Source of the DNA: Patescibacteria group bacterium
Lineage (GTDB): Bacteria; Patescibacteriota; Patescibacteriia; UBA1558; UBA10009
Direction of reading: 5' to 3'
Length of the DNA: 64,000 nt
Assembly: GCA_018818425.1 (NCBI GenBank)
Contig: JAHISB010000026.1
Location: 525 to 64,524, forward strand
The position numbers and the translations under genes were made by a program. The notes below the pieces were generated by a model. The model ran no database searches. It worked only from the letters and a program-made list of their open reading frames with translations, and was not told the origin of the DNA. Below are positions 1 through 8,612 of the stretch, in pieces. Within the stretch, counting starts at the first letter, position 1; each line of letters opens with the position of its first letter.

Positions 1-170
1 ATTACTTTCTCAGGACAAGCAGTTACGCTTGCAGAATGGATAGCTATGTCTCCTATTCCCATTGTTCAGCCCTCCTCATTTTTGAATCATTTTTATATCA
101 CAAGAACCCCCTTATCCTTTCATAAATTCTATAAATTGTCAATTGTTTTGAATCGTCTTGGCCTTTGATG

Positions 171-204
171 AAAAAAATAAAGCCCCATTCGTGTAGAACG
201 GGGC
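171..204 (-). terminator. Rho-independent terminator downstream of CDS 255..1655(-)
   Basis: GCCCC(182-186)/GGGGC(200-204) hairpin; A-run 171-179 on the plus strand gives a T-tract on the minus strand immediately after the hairpin. Confidence 0.55.
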
Positions 205-254
205 CGCCCATAATTGGACTTCGGTCTGATGACCGCGTTATGTTTTCACCCTAT

Positions 255-1655
255 CTACCACAAGGCATTGCAGACCGTTTGGTAGATATCTCCTAACTTA
301 AGCCTTGTCGGATCAACTATTGGGTTGGTTAGCGAGCCGTTCAGGCCGGCGCCAAAGTCAGGAATGTACCAATTGGCGACAAGTGTATTCTCGGCTTCCA
401 TTTCAGCAGGTAAAATATTCAATCTGCGAATGGCTGCTTCTTTTTTCCGAAGTTCAACAATTGCTTGTTTTAACCTCGGCACCAGATGCACCTGCGGCCG
501 ACAGGTAATCTGCACATGTCCGCTACTGGGCCGTCTGACGATAGTAACGTCGCGCCTATAAGGATTTTCTGTACAGGTATGGCGCGAAGCCGGCCCAATG
601 CGGCTGCTGTCCGATTCAATTGCCGCAACCTCCCAACCCTTGATTTTGCTGGCGTATTTGATTCCGCCATTTCGTAAATCGCCCAAAGCCTTCAGCCAGT
701 CCGCTTGATAGGCAATCAGGTTCAACCAGCAATCCGTTAAAATGGCCGGCTTAAGCGACTGGGAGATTTGGTTTTCGACAATTAACTGTTGGGCAATGCC
801 TAGCAAGGTCAAGCTTTCAGCTAACCAGATGGTTTCGGGTTCATTGATCCTACTGTTATCGCCGCTCAGAATAATCAGCTTTAGCGACGGTGCGCTCATC
901 ATCTTGATGAGATCACTAAAACTCGGGTCTTCCTGGCAACGGTAGCCGCTCTCGTTCCATTTCCTGGCATTGAGTCTGTTGATGAAATTTAGGGTTGACT
1001 CAAAGTTGTCTAAATACCCCGGTTGTCCTGGTTCGAGTTCTAATGAGCTGACGATTGCCTTTGTTAATGAATGCTGAAGCAGTGTTTTGGCCTCGTTGGA
1101 AAAGCTGGCACCTTTGTCGGCCGAACCAACCCGCTTGATAATCAGCCGACACAGTCCGGTTAGTCGTTGGTAGGACTTTCCTTGCTCTTGCAAACTAACA
1201 TTGGGATCAAACGGACTAAACCGGACATTGCTAGCGCCTCTGATGATGTTGTTAATCACCAGATCGTTGGCTGGCAAGGTGCCGCCGTTGTTCTGAATGG
1301 AGAACCGAAAATTGGTTCCTTTTTGGTCATTGCCATCGATAAATCTCAACAGTCCAACAAATGGCTGTTGATCCAGTCCGACCTCTCTGGCAACGATTCT
1401 GGCTGCTGAGATTTTTTCCTGGCCGCCGTGATGATCGCGGCCAGTATGTTGCCCGCCAACATCAAAGAAAACAACTCCTTGTTCTTCCTCGTATCCCCGT
1501 ACTTGTTCTTTGGTCAGATCCCCAGCCGGCAGAAAAATTGTCGACAGAGAAATCAACTGTGGGTAGCGAGTTTCTGCAAATGCTCGAGACATACATCCAT
1601 CAAGGTCCGAAGCATGGTGCGTGGAAACGATTCTGGCTTTCCATAAGGGTAGCAT
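255..1655 (-). CDS. hypothetical protein; weak resemblance to calcineurin-like metallophosphoesterase motifs
   Basis: 466-aa ORF, GC-richer than its neighbours. N-terminal segments STHHASDLDG, PAGDLTKEQ and FFDVGGQHTGRDHHGG loosely resemble phosphoesterase motifs I-III. No confident family assignment from sequence alone. Confidence 0.45.
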   Translation of the reverse strand: MLPLWKARIVSTHHASDLDGCMSRAFAETRYPQLISLSTIFLPAGDLTKEQVRGYEEEQGVVFFDVGGQHTGRDHHGGQEKISAARIVAREVGLDQQPFVGLLRFIDGNDQKGTNFRFSIQNNGGTLPANDLVINNIIRGASNVRFSPFDPNVSLQEQGKSYQRLTGLCRLIIKRVGSADKGASFSNEAKTLLQHSLTKAIVSSLELEPGQPGYLDNFESTLNFINRLNARKWNESGYRCQEDPSFSDLIKMMSAPSLKLIILSGDNSRINEPETIWLAESLTLLGIAQQLIVENQISQSLKPAILTDCWLNLIAYQADWLKALGDLRNGGIKYASKIKGWEVAAIESDSSRIGPASRHTCTENPYRRDVTIVRRPSSGHVQITCRPQVHLVPRLKQAIVELRKKEAAIRRLNILPAEMEAENTLVANWYIPDFGAGLNGSLTNPIVDPTRLKLGDIYQTVCNALW

Positions 1656-1817
1656 TTCAACCTCCTATAAAAGGACTTGGTTTATACCCTTTATTTCAAG
1701 GGTTGGATTTGATTTTTTTATCTAGTTGTTATGGTACTAACCCAAAACAATAGCATATTTCCTAGAAAATGTCAATGTTTGGCTAATTTCAGAGATTTTG
1801 TTATATTTATCAATAAT

Positions 1818-3479
1818 ATGATTGACCTAAAAAAATTACCATCTCAACCAGGCATTTACCCCGCACCAGTTTATAAGAATAAAATAAAAACCTCCTTAAA
1901 CTTCATGCCTAACTGGTGCGGGGTGTACAAATTCCTTGACCAGCAAGGCAAACTTTTATACATTGGCAAAGCTAAGAATTTGAAAAATAGAATTAAATCA
2001 TATTTTACAAAATCGGCTGATTTGACGCCGGCTAAAAAGTTGATGATTGAGAGAATTAAAAAGATTGAATTTACTGTTGTTTCTAACGAGACCGAAGCTT
2101 TGCTGTTGGAATCAACGTTGATTAAAAAACATCAGCCGCCTTTTAATGTTGAACTTAAAGACGATAAACATTGGCAGTATATAAAAGTTACGCTCAACGA
2201 AGCGTTTCCGAAAGTGGAAATTGTAAGGAAAATAACTAAAAACTTAAAACTGAAAACTAATAAAAAACCGAGATACTTTGGTCCTTATACTTCAGGCCTG
2301 GCTGTTAGACAAACCATTCGATTGATAAAAAAAGTTTTTCCTTACAGAACTTGTAATCGCGACCTTTCTAAACTACCGAAGGGGAGGGTCTGTCTGCAAT
2401 ACCATTTAGGCAGATGTTTGGGGCCGTGCGAAAAACTTTGTACCAAAAAAGGGTATGATGAAGTCATTAAACAAGCGGTTGATTTTCTTGCCGGAAAAAC
2501 TGGCGACATAATTAAAGACTTAAAACTGAAGATGCAAAATTCATCAGATAAAAAAGAGTATGAAAAAGCCAAAGTTTATCGCGACCAGATTCAAGCTATA
2601 GAAAAACTGACCGTTAAACAAAAAGTTGTTTCAACAAAACATGAAAATCAGGATTACCTTAACATTTTTAAAGAAAGAAACTTGGCCGCCGCCGCTTTAT
2701 TCAAAGTCAGGGACGGAAAATTATTAGACCAGTTGAATTTTACTTTAAAAAATGCCGAAATCTTTTCCGAAGCAGAGCTTTTAGAACAGTTCGTCAATCA
2801 ATATTATTCGCAGACGACTGATTTTCCCAAAGAAATGATTTTGCCGGTAAAAATTGACGTTCAGCTTAAAATTATTGTTCCGCAAAAAGGCGCTAAGAAA
2901 AAATTGTTGAATTTAGCCAAGGTCAACGCTAAAGAATATTTTTTGACTCAGCTGGCTTCGTGGGAGAAAAAAACCAAAGAAACTGATAAAAAATTAGAAG
3001 AACTTAAAAAAGTTTTAAATCTGACTAAAATTCCTCAAAGGATTGAGGGCTATGATATTTCCAATCTCGGCGGAAGTTTAGCTGTCGGCTCTATGGCGGT
3101 GATGACCAACGGACAGCCCGATAAAAACGAGTATCGCAAATTTAAAATTAAGACGATTAAAGGCGCCAACGACCCGGCCATGATTGGCGAGATTATTAAA
3201 AGACGGTTGAACAACAATTGGCCCAAGCCCGATTTAATGCTGATTGACGGCGGCCCGGCACAGCTCAACGCCGCTTTGAAACAAATTGATGAAAATAATA
3301 TTCCCATTGTCAGCTTAGCCAAAAAACAGGAAAAAATTTACAAACCTGACGGAAAACTGCCGCTTAAACTGCCAAAATTCTCCCCGGCTCTCCAGCTTTT
3401 GCAGCAACTCCGCGACGAAGCCCATAGGTTTGCTGTTTCTTATCATCGAAAGTTGAGGAAAAAACGATTGGTCGGGTAG
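1818..3479 (+). CDS. uvrC: excinuclease ABC subunit C (UvrC); likely start at the ATG at 1818 inside the 1731 ORF; C-terminal (HhH)2 region appears absent
   Basis: GIY-YIG motif GVYKFLDQQGKLLYIGKAKNLKNRIKSYF, UvrBC-interaction region and the RNase H-like endonuclease domain (RIEGYDISNLGGSLAVGSMAV, IDGGPAQLNAA). The protein ends right after FAVSYHRKLRKK. Confidence 0.85.
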   Translation: MIDLKKLPSQPGIYPAPVYKNKIKTSLNFMPNWCGVYKFLDQQGKLLYIGKAKNLKNRIKSYFTKSADLTPAKKLMIERIKKIEFTVVSNETEALLLESTLIKKHQPPFNVELKDDKHWQYIKVTLNEAFPKVEIVRKITKNLKLKTNKKPRYFGPYTSGLAVRQTIRLIKKVFPYRTCNRDLSKLPKGRVCLQYHLGRCLGPCEKLCTKKGYDEVIKQAVDFLAGKTGDIIKDLKLKMQNSSDKKEYEKAKVYRDQIQAIEKLTVKQKVVSTKHENQDYLNIFKERNLAAAALFKVRDGKLLDQLNFTLKNAEIFSEAELLEQFVNQYYSQTTDFPKEMILPVKIDVQLKIIVPQKGAKKKLLNLAKVNAKEYFLTQLASWEKKTKETDKKLEELKKVLNLTKIPQRIEGYDISNLGGSLAVGSMAVMTNGQPDKNEYRKFKIKTIKGANDPAMIGEIIKRRLNNNWPKPDLMLIDGGPAQLNAALKQIDENNIPIVSLAKKQEKIYKPDGKLPLKLPKFSPALQLLQQLRDEAHRFAVSYHRKLRKKRLVG

Positions 3480-3591
3480 CGGCGCAAAATGTTGCGCCGC
3501 GAAAAAAGATTGATCGGGTAGGCCTTGCATTATTATACACGAACCGTACGTACGCGCCGCGGCGCGTACGTACAATAATGTAATTATTCAA

Positions 3592-3629
3592 ATAAAAAAC
3601 CCCGACATCCTTTTCAGAACATCGGGGGG
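3592..3629 (-). terminator. Rho-independent terminator downstream of CDS 3656..5779(-)
   Basis: Minus-strand hairpin CCCCGA(3622-3627 rc)/TCGGGG(3600-3605 rc) followed by a T-run (plus-strand A-run 3594-3599). Confidence 0.6.
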
Positions 3630-3655
3630 TGCTCACTGATCACTGATCATTGAAC

Positions 3656-5779
3656 CTACTTCACCAGCATCATTTTTCCGACTTTGGTGAAATCGCCGGA
3701 AGCGAGGTGATAGAAGTAAATTCCTGAAGCCAGATGTGAACCGTCGAAAGTGACTTCGTGAATTCCTGATTCGCGGTATCCGTTGACCAGTTGAGTTACC
3801 TGCCGTCCGTTGATATCGCAGACGGTCAAAGTAACATGGCTGGCTTCGGGCAGGGTGAACGAAAGCGTAGTGGTGGGATTGAAGGGGTTGGGATAACTGC
3901 CGATGGAGTATTCCATTAGAACTTCGGCAATCTGACCCTGTACATCTTTATCCGCGCCTCCGTTCAGCACTCGCAGAACGTCCAGAGTTTTAATTTTATA
4001 CCCGTTGAACCAATCCAAGCTTGATGACCCGCCATAGTACGACGACTGGGCATGATTGTAATTGCCATAAGTTCCAGTGGCATCGGACCACACCATGCTG
4101 GCAACAGACTCCTCGCCCTCTAAGTTGAACGGATCATCATCCAGAATCGCTCCCCAAGCATTTGGAGTTTCTGGGTTGAAATCTGCAGCCAACGGCGGGA
4201 GATAACCAGTATCGCCATCGTACATATAGGTACTGATGGCGTCGTTGCTGCAGGCGCCGGTGTTCACATTAGAGGCAGTAGCTCTAAGGATATAGAACTT
4301 GGAACTTCCCGGCGCAATTTCTCTTTCGTCATAAAACGTCAGAGTTACGGTATAAGTCCAGTCATCAGCATAAAGATGGCCGGTGGGACTGGACAGATTC
4401 TCGCCGTTCTCGCCCCAGACCCGATAAGCGTCGGTGCCGCTTAATCCCGGGGTTAACTCCACAGCAGTCTCATACGAACTACCCTCTAAAACCCTTAGGT
4501 AGGTAAGGTTCAGTATTCCTGCCGTAGGCACACTATCGTACAGATGTATTTTGAACGTCTTCTGCCCAAGAGTTAAAGGCGTACCGCCTTCTTGAGCCGG
4601 AACTTCCCAGCGGTACAACTCCACTGTTCCGTTGGTCAAGATGGTGTTGGTGGTAACATCAGGGATGATTGTTGGAAAGTTGCCATGAACGATCATTTGA
4701 TTTCCGACAATATCCTCTCCGTTGCTGGTTTCGGTAAGCGTTGTGCCGCTCGAGCCGACTGCTTCAAAGTTGCTATCGCAATCAAACCCGGCGCTAATCA
4801 AATCGCCGGTATAAGCTCCATAGGTTTGGTTGATTGGCGCCAGATTGAAGCAAACATCAACTACAACATAAGGCCCCATTGGCGCATAAAGCGGTTCTGC
4901 CGTAATGTTAAAGTCGGCATTGCCGCTGACCATTGTTTGAGTGGCTTCCACCATCTGTCCGGCTTCGTTGGGGTAGCTGATAGTTACGCTCTCAACTGAC
5001 CGATCATAGATCGACAGTTCGGCCTGCTTGATTCTTAGTTTCCAAACGCTGAAGTTCTCGTTCACAGCCAGAAATCTCAACTGCTCCATTTCAACTCCGT
5101 CAGCGCCAGCCACCACATTGGCAGTTTGAGGATTAACGCCGGCGGTTACATACAGCTCGCCGGGTTCAGATTCCACATACACTTGCGAACACCACAGCAC
5201 TGAGTCTTCCGGCCAGACAAACGGAGTTCCCGGACGCATATTAATGTCGTGATGCGCCAAGTAGAACTGCCCTTCGCTGGGTTGCTGGTTCCAATCCGAA
5301 GTAAGCAGAACCTGCAAACGCAATAAGTTAGCGCCTCTATTGAGAATGTAGGCAACATGCCCTTCAAAGAAACTGACTTTTGACAGCTCGGTTCCTAAGG
5401 AATCAAAGTTAACGTAGGGCGTTAACATTTGATAGTTCTCATCACAAAGCGCCGCGGCGCTGACGTGATCGGCCAAGCTGCCGGTTACGTAGAAATCCCA
5501 GCCATGGGTTAACCTACGCCAGTCAGAATAAACAGTGATTGAGTCTGCCGGGTAGATTACGTACGATGTCGCTTCAAACGACCCCGAGCCGTTAAAGTAG
5601 AAACCAACAGCATTGTCGGTTTGTCCTGATTCGGGGGGTTTGATATCTAAGTCGCCCCATTCGCCTTCCGCTAATTTAAGGACTCGGGGGTGGCGAGGGT
5701 ACTCGTTTGCCTCAGAGGCAAACAAAAAAGTGGCCAGCATTAAGCTGATCGCGATTGTCCAGATAATGATTGTCTTCAT
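3656..5779 (-). CDS. secreted protein with N-terminal signal peptide and C-terminal T9SS (Por) sorting domain
   Basis: N-term MKTIIIWTIAISLMLATFLFASEA. C-term SYPNPFNPTTTLSFTLPEASHVTLTVCDINGRQVTQLVNGYRESGIHEVTFDGSHLASGIYFYHLASGDFTKVGKMMLVK closely matches the Por_Secre_tail (T9SS CTD) consensus. The gene is GC-richer than its surroundings. Confidence 0.8.
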   Translation of the reverse strand: MKTIIIWTIAISLMLATFLFASEANEYPRHPRVLKLAEGEWGDLDIKPPESGQTDNAVGFYFNGSGSFEATSYVIYPADSITVYSDWRRLTHGWDFYVTGSLADHVSAAALCDENYQMLTPYVNFDSLGTELSKVSFFEGHVAYILNRGANLLRLQVLLTSDWNQQPSEGQFYLAHHDINMRPGTPFVWPEDSVLWCSQVYVESEPGELYVTAGVNPQTANVVAGADGVEMEQLRFLAVNENFSVWKLRIKQAELSIYDRSVESVTISYPNEAGQMVEATQTMVSGNADFNITAEPLYAPMGPYVVVDVCFNLAPINQTYGAYTGDLISAGFDCDSNFEAVGSSGTTLTETSNGEDIVGNQMIVHGNFPTIIPDVTTNTILTNGTVELYRWEVPAQEGGTPLTLGQKTFKIHLYDSVPTAGILNLTYLRVLEGSSYETAVELTPGLSGTDAYRVWGENGENLSSPTGHLYADDWTYTVTLTFYDEREIAPGSSKFYILRATASNVNTGACSNDAISTYMYDGDTGYLPPLAADFNPETPNAWGAILDDDPFNLEGEESVASMVWSDATGTYGNYNHAQSSYYGGSSSLDWFNGYKIKTLDVLRVLNGGADKDVQGQIAEVLMEYSIGSYPNPFNPTTTLSFTLPEASHVTLTVCDINGRQVTQLVNGYRESGIHEVTFDGSHLASGIYFYHLASGDFTKVGKMMLVK

Positions 5780-6055
5780 TACTTACTCCATTCTTTCTTT
5801 AATTTTTTTGATTTTTTTGAATCTTCTTCTGATTATCTACATTTTAGGCAAAATTTACCCCTATTTCCCTTTTTTTCTCCTTTCTTTTATATTCAATTTT
5901 TAGTGTGCTGTGTATATATAACACGCGAATCTGATATTTATTTCATCGTGTATCGCTGTTCATGTATCGTTAATATTAGATATATGATTCGTGGTTCGCG
6001 ATACACGATACCTGCCTGCCGGCAGGCGCGGCACGATATACGATACACGACAAGT

Positions 6056-6084
6056 TTGACAAAACTTTCTCTTTCTGCTATGCT
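6056..6084 (+). promoter_or_regulatory. sigma70-type promoter upstream of secG (TTGACA-17-TATGCT)
   Basis: TTGACA at 6056-6061, 17-nt spacer, TATGCT at 6079-6084. An array of CGATACACG direct/inverted repeats lies upstream at 5990-6050. Confidence 0.45.
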
Positions 6085-6100
6085 TTTTCTAACGTTTTTT

Positions 6101-6322
6101 ATGGAACAAATTCTACAAATATCTCAAATAGTTATTGCCGTTCTGTTGATAATCTTTATTCTGATTCAGCAGCGCGGGGCCGGTTTAGGCGGTATTTTTG
6201 GCGGCGAGGGCGGCGTCTACCGCACCAAACGAGGCATTGAAAAAACCTTATTTATTCTCACTATAATCTCGGCTGTTTTATTTATGGCTACTTCTTTAGC
6301 CATTGTTTTCTTAAACCAATAA
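6101..6322 (+). CDS. secG: preprotein translocase subunit SecG
   Basis: 73-aa MEQILQISQIVIAVLLIIFILIQQRGAGLGGIFGGEGG..., two TM helices, typical SecG LIQQxxGxGLGGxFGG signature. The upstream part of ORF 5903.. overlaps the promoter and is unlikely to be coding. Confidence 0.75.
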   Translation: MEQILQISQIVIAVLLIIFILIQQRGAGLGGIFGGEGGVYRTKRGIEKTLFILTIISAVLFMATSLAIVFLNQ

Positions 6323-6336
6323 CCATCTCTCACCAA

Positions 6337-8211
6337 GTGAAGCTTTCTTCTTTTTTGAAGCAACTGCCCGGAGTTCCGGGCCAAGTTGTTTCAGTTGTAA
6401 AAAAAATAATTCCAGCTAAGCTGGCAAATAAAAACTGCGGTCCCGCTGACCAGCCGACCCTCTCTAAAAAAATGGATCAGCGCTTAGTTTTTAATCTTTC
6501 CAAAAAAAATAAAAAAATACCCAGCTTCGCCCAATTAAGAGCCCTGCCGAAATTTTTAAGCAGTGCGGAAAAGAAAACCATCAACTGGCTGACATTGGTG
6601 ATTGTCATCTGCTTTGTTTTACTGATTGGCAATTTCTATCATTCTCATACTACCCTGCTGCCGGCGCCGGGCGGCTCTTACACCGAAGGGCTGGTCGGCA
6701 CGCCCCAATTTATTAATCCCTTGCTGGCTTCTTACAATGATGTGGACAGAGACTTAGCTTCTTTGATTTTTAACGGACTGCTTAAATATAATAACGAAGG
6801 TATTTTAGTGCCGGATTTGGCCGAACAGCTCCAAATCAGCCCCGACGGCTTAATCTACAACTTTAAGCTCCGCCAAGATGTTTTATGGCACGACAACAAG
6901 CCCTTTACGGCCGATGATGTTGTGTTTACCGTAGCCAATATCCAGGACCCGTCATGGCAAAGCCAGCTGAAGAGCGCCTTGGGCAATGTGCAAATAGAAA
7001 AAATTGACGAATTCACTCTGCGCTTTATTCTTAAAGACCCTTTGCCTAATTTTTTAAACAGCTTAACCTTTGGCATTCTGCCGGAACATTTATGGCTGGC
7101 CATACCTTCCAGCAACGCCACCTTGGCAGAGCTGAATAAAAAACCTGTCGGCACCGGCCCTTTTAAATTCAAATCCTTAACCAAAGATAAAAACGGCAAT
7201 ATCCGCACCTATATCATGGCTCGCAACGAAAATTACTACATGGCTAAACCCTATCTTGAAGAAATCAGCTTTAAATTCTATGGCGACTTCGAAACCGCCG
7301 CCAAAGCTTTAGCTAACAATAATATACAGGGTTTGGGCTTATTGCCTAAGGAATATCTGGCTACGGCTGAAGAAAATAAAAATATCAAATTTTACTCTTT
7401 ATCGCTGCCTCAATATACAGCCGTCTTCTTCAACCCTACAAAAAATGAACTGCTCAAAACTATAAAAGTCCGCCAGGCTCTGGCCTATGCTATCAACCGC
7501 CAGGCGATTTTAGAGCAGTCTTTAGACCAAAAAGGAGTGATTATCAACGGGCCGATTCTGCCCGGCTTTACCGGCTACCACCCGGATATTAAAAAATACT
7601 CATACGACCCCCTGGCCGCTAAAACTCTTTTAGACGAAAGCGGCTGGAAAATGGGCGAAGACGGCCTGCGCCGAAAGGGCGAAGAAGCTCTGCAAATCAC
7701 CTTAACTACCGTAGAAAAAATTGAATACACTAAAGCCGTAGAAATTATCAAGCAGAACTGGGAAGCTATCGGGGTCGGCGTCACTTTAGAAATTATTGCC
7801 AAAGACAGAATTAGAACCGACATTATTGAACCGCGCAATTACCAGGCTCTGTTATTCGGTGAAATAATAAAATCCGACCCTTATCCTTTTTGGCACTCGT
7901 CGCAAACAGAAAGCCCGGGGGCTAATCTGGCTGTTTGGGCCAACCACGAAGTAGATAAGGTTTTGGAAGAAGCCCGGCTTTTAAATGACGCCGAAGAAAT
8001 TAATAAAAAGTATGTCCATTTCCAAAACATCCTGGCCGATAATGTGCCTGCCATCTTTCTCTATAATCCTATTCATATCTATCCGGTTGATAAAAAAATT
8101 AAAGGGATCACCACTCGCCGCATCTCTGCTCCTTCTGACCGCTTTACCAGAATTACTGATTGGTATGTTAAGACTAAACGACAATTTTCATGGTCCCTAG
8201 AAGAAAAATAA
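6337..8211 (+). CDS. ABC transporter substrate-binding protein, family 5 (oligopeptide/dipeptide/nickel type)
   Basis: SBP_bac_5-like signature region PAPGGSYTEGLVGTPQFINPLLASYNDVDRDLASLIFNGLLKY... N-terminal TM anchor. GTG start at 6337; an alternative ATG is at 6473. Confidence 0.7.
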   Translation: MKLSSFLKQLPGVPGQVVSVVKKIIPAKLANKNCGPADQPTLSKKMDQRLVFNLSKKNKKIPSFAQLRALPKFLSSAEKKTINWLTLVIVICFVLLIGNFYHSHTTLLPAPGGSYTEGLVGTPQFINPLLASYNDVDRDLASLIFNGLLKYNNEGILVPDLAEQLQISPDGLIYNFKLRQDVLWHDNKPFTADDVVFTVANIQDPSWQSQLKSALGNVQIEKIDEFTLRFILKDPLPNFLNSLTFGILPEHLWLAIPSSNATLAELNKKPVGTGPFKFKSLTKDKNGNIRTYIMARNENYYMAKPYLEEISFKFYGDFETAAKALANNNIQGLGLLPKEYLATAEENKNIKFYSLSLPQYTAVFFNPTKNELLKTIKVRQALAYAINRQAILEQSLDQKGVIINGPILPGFTGYHPDIKKYSYDPLAAKTLLDESGWKMGEDGLRRKGEEALQITLTTVEKIEYTKAVEIIKQNWEAIGVGVTLEIIAKDRIRTDIIEPRNYQALLFGEIIKSDPYPFWHSSQTESPGANLAVWANHEVDKVLEEARLLNDAEEINKKYVHFQNILADNVPAIFLYNPIHIYPVDKKIKGITTRRISAPSDRFTRITDWYVKTKRQFSWSLEEK

Positions 8212-8486
8212 TCCTTATTTCTCTTATACTCAATTGCTTAAATAATTCCGTATAATGCCCCGAAGCTTTACTTTGAAAAATCCTTTGATATTAAAGTAAA
8301 AAATTCACTTTAATAAATTAGATAAATTAGGAGTTATAAAAGCGAAGGGGTATAAAATAACTAATAATGTCGCGGTGGTGGAATTCCCGCCATGAGCCAT
8401 AGGCCATCTAGGCCAAGGGCCCATATCAGCCTATGGCTTGAGGCCCTTTGGCCGAAAGGCGGACAAGGGCAGATTTAAAATTTTTT

Positions 8487-8574
8487 GCCAAAGTGGTGAA
8501 ATTGGTATACACGCTAGCTTCAGGAGCTAGTTCCCTTAAAGGGAGTGTGGGTTCGAGTCCCACCTTTGGCACCA
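8487..8574 (+). tRNA. tRNA-Leu (anticodon CAG)
   Basis: Cloverleaf GCCAAAG...CTTTGGC acceptor, anticodon loop TTCAGGA, long variable arm TTCCCTTAAAGGGAGT, T-arm GTGGGTTCGAGTCCCAC, 3' ACCA encoded. Confidence 0.85.
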
Positions 8575-8612
8575 TCAAGTCTGACTCAAACATTATTTAT
8601 AATTAACAATTT

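Noticed and set aside
3315-3636. 90-aa and 86-aa minus-strand ORFs in the uvrC/T9SS intergenic region
   Set aside because: They overlap the palindrome/terminator region and the uvrC 3' end, have no RBS or homology signal, and their composition is driven by GC-rich repeats. Most likely spurious.
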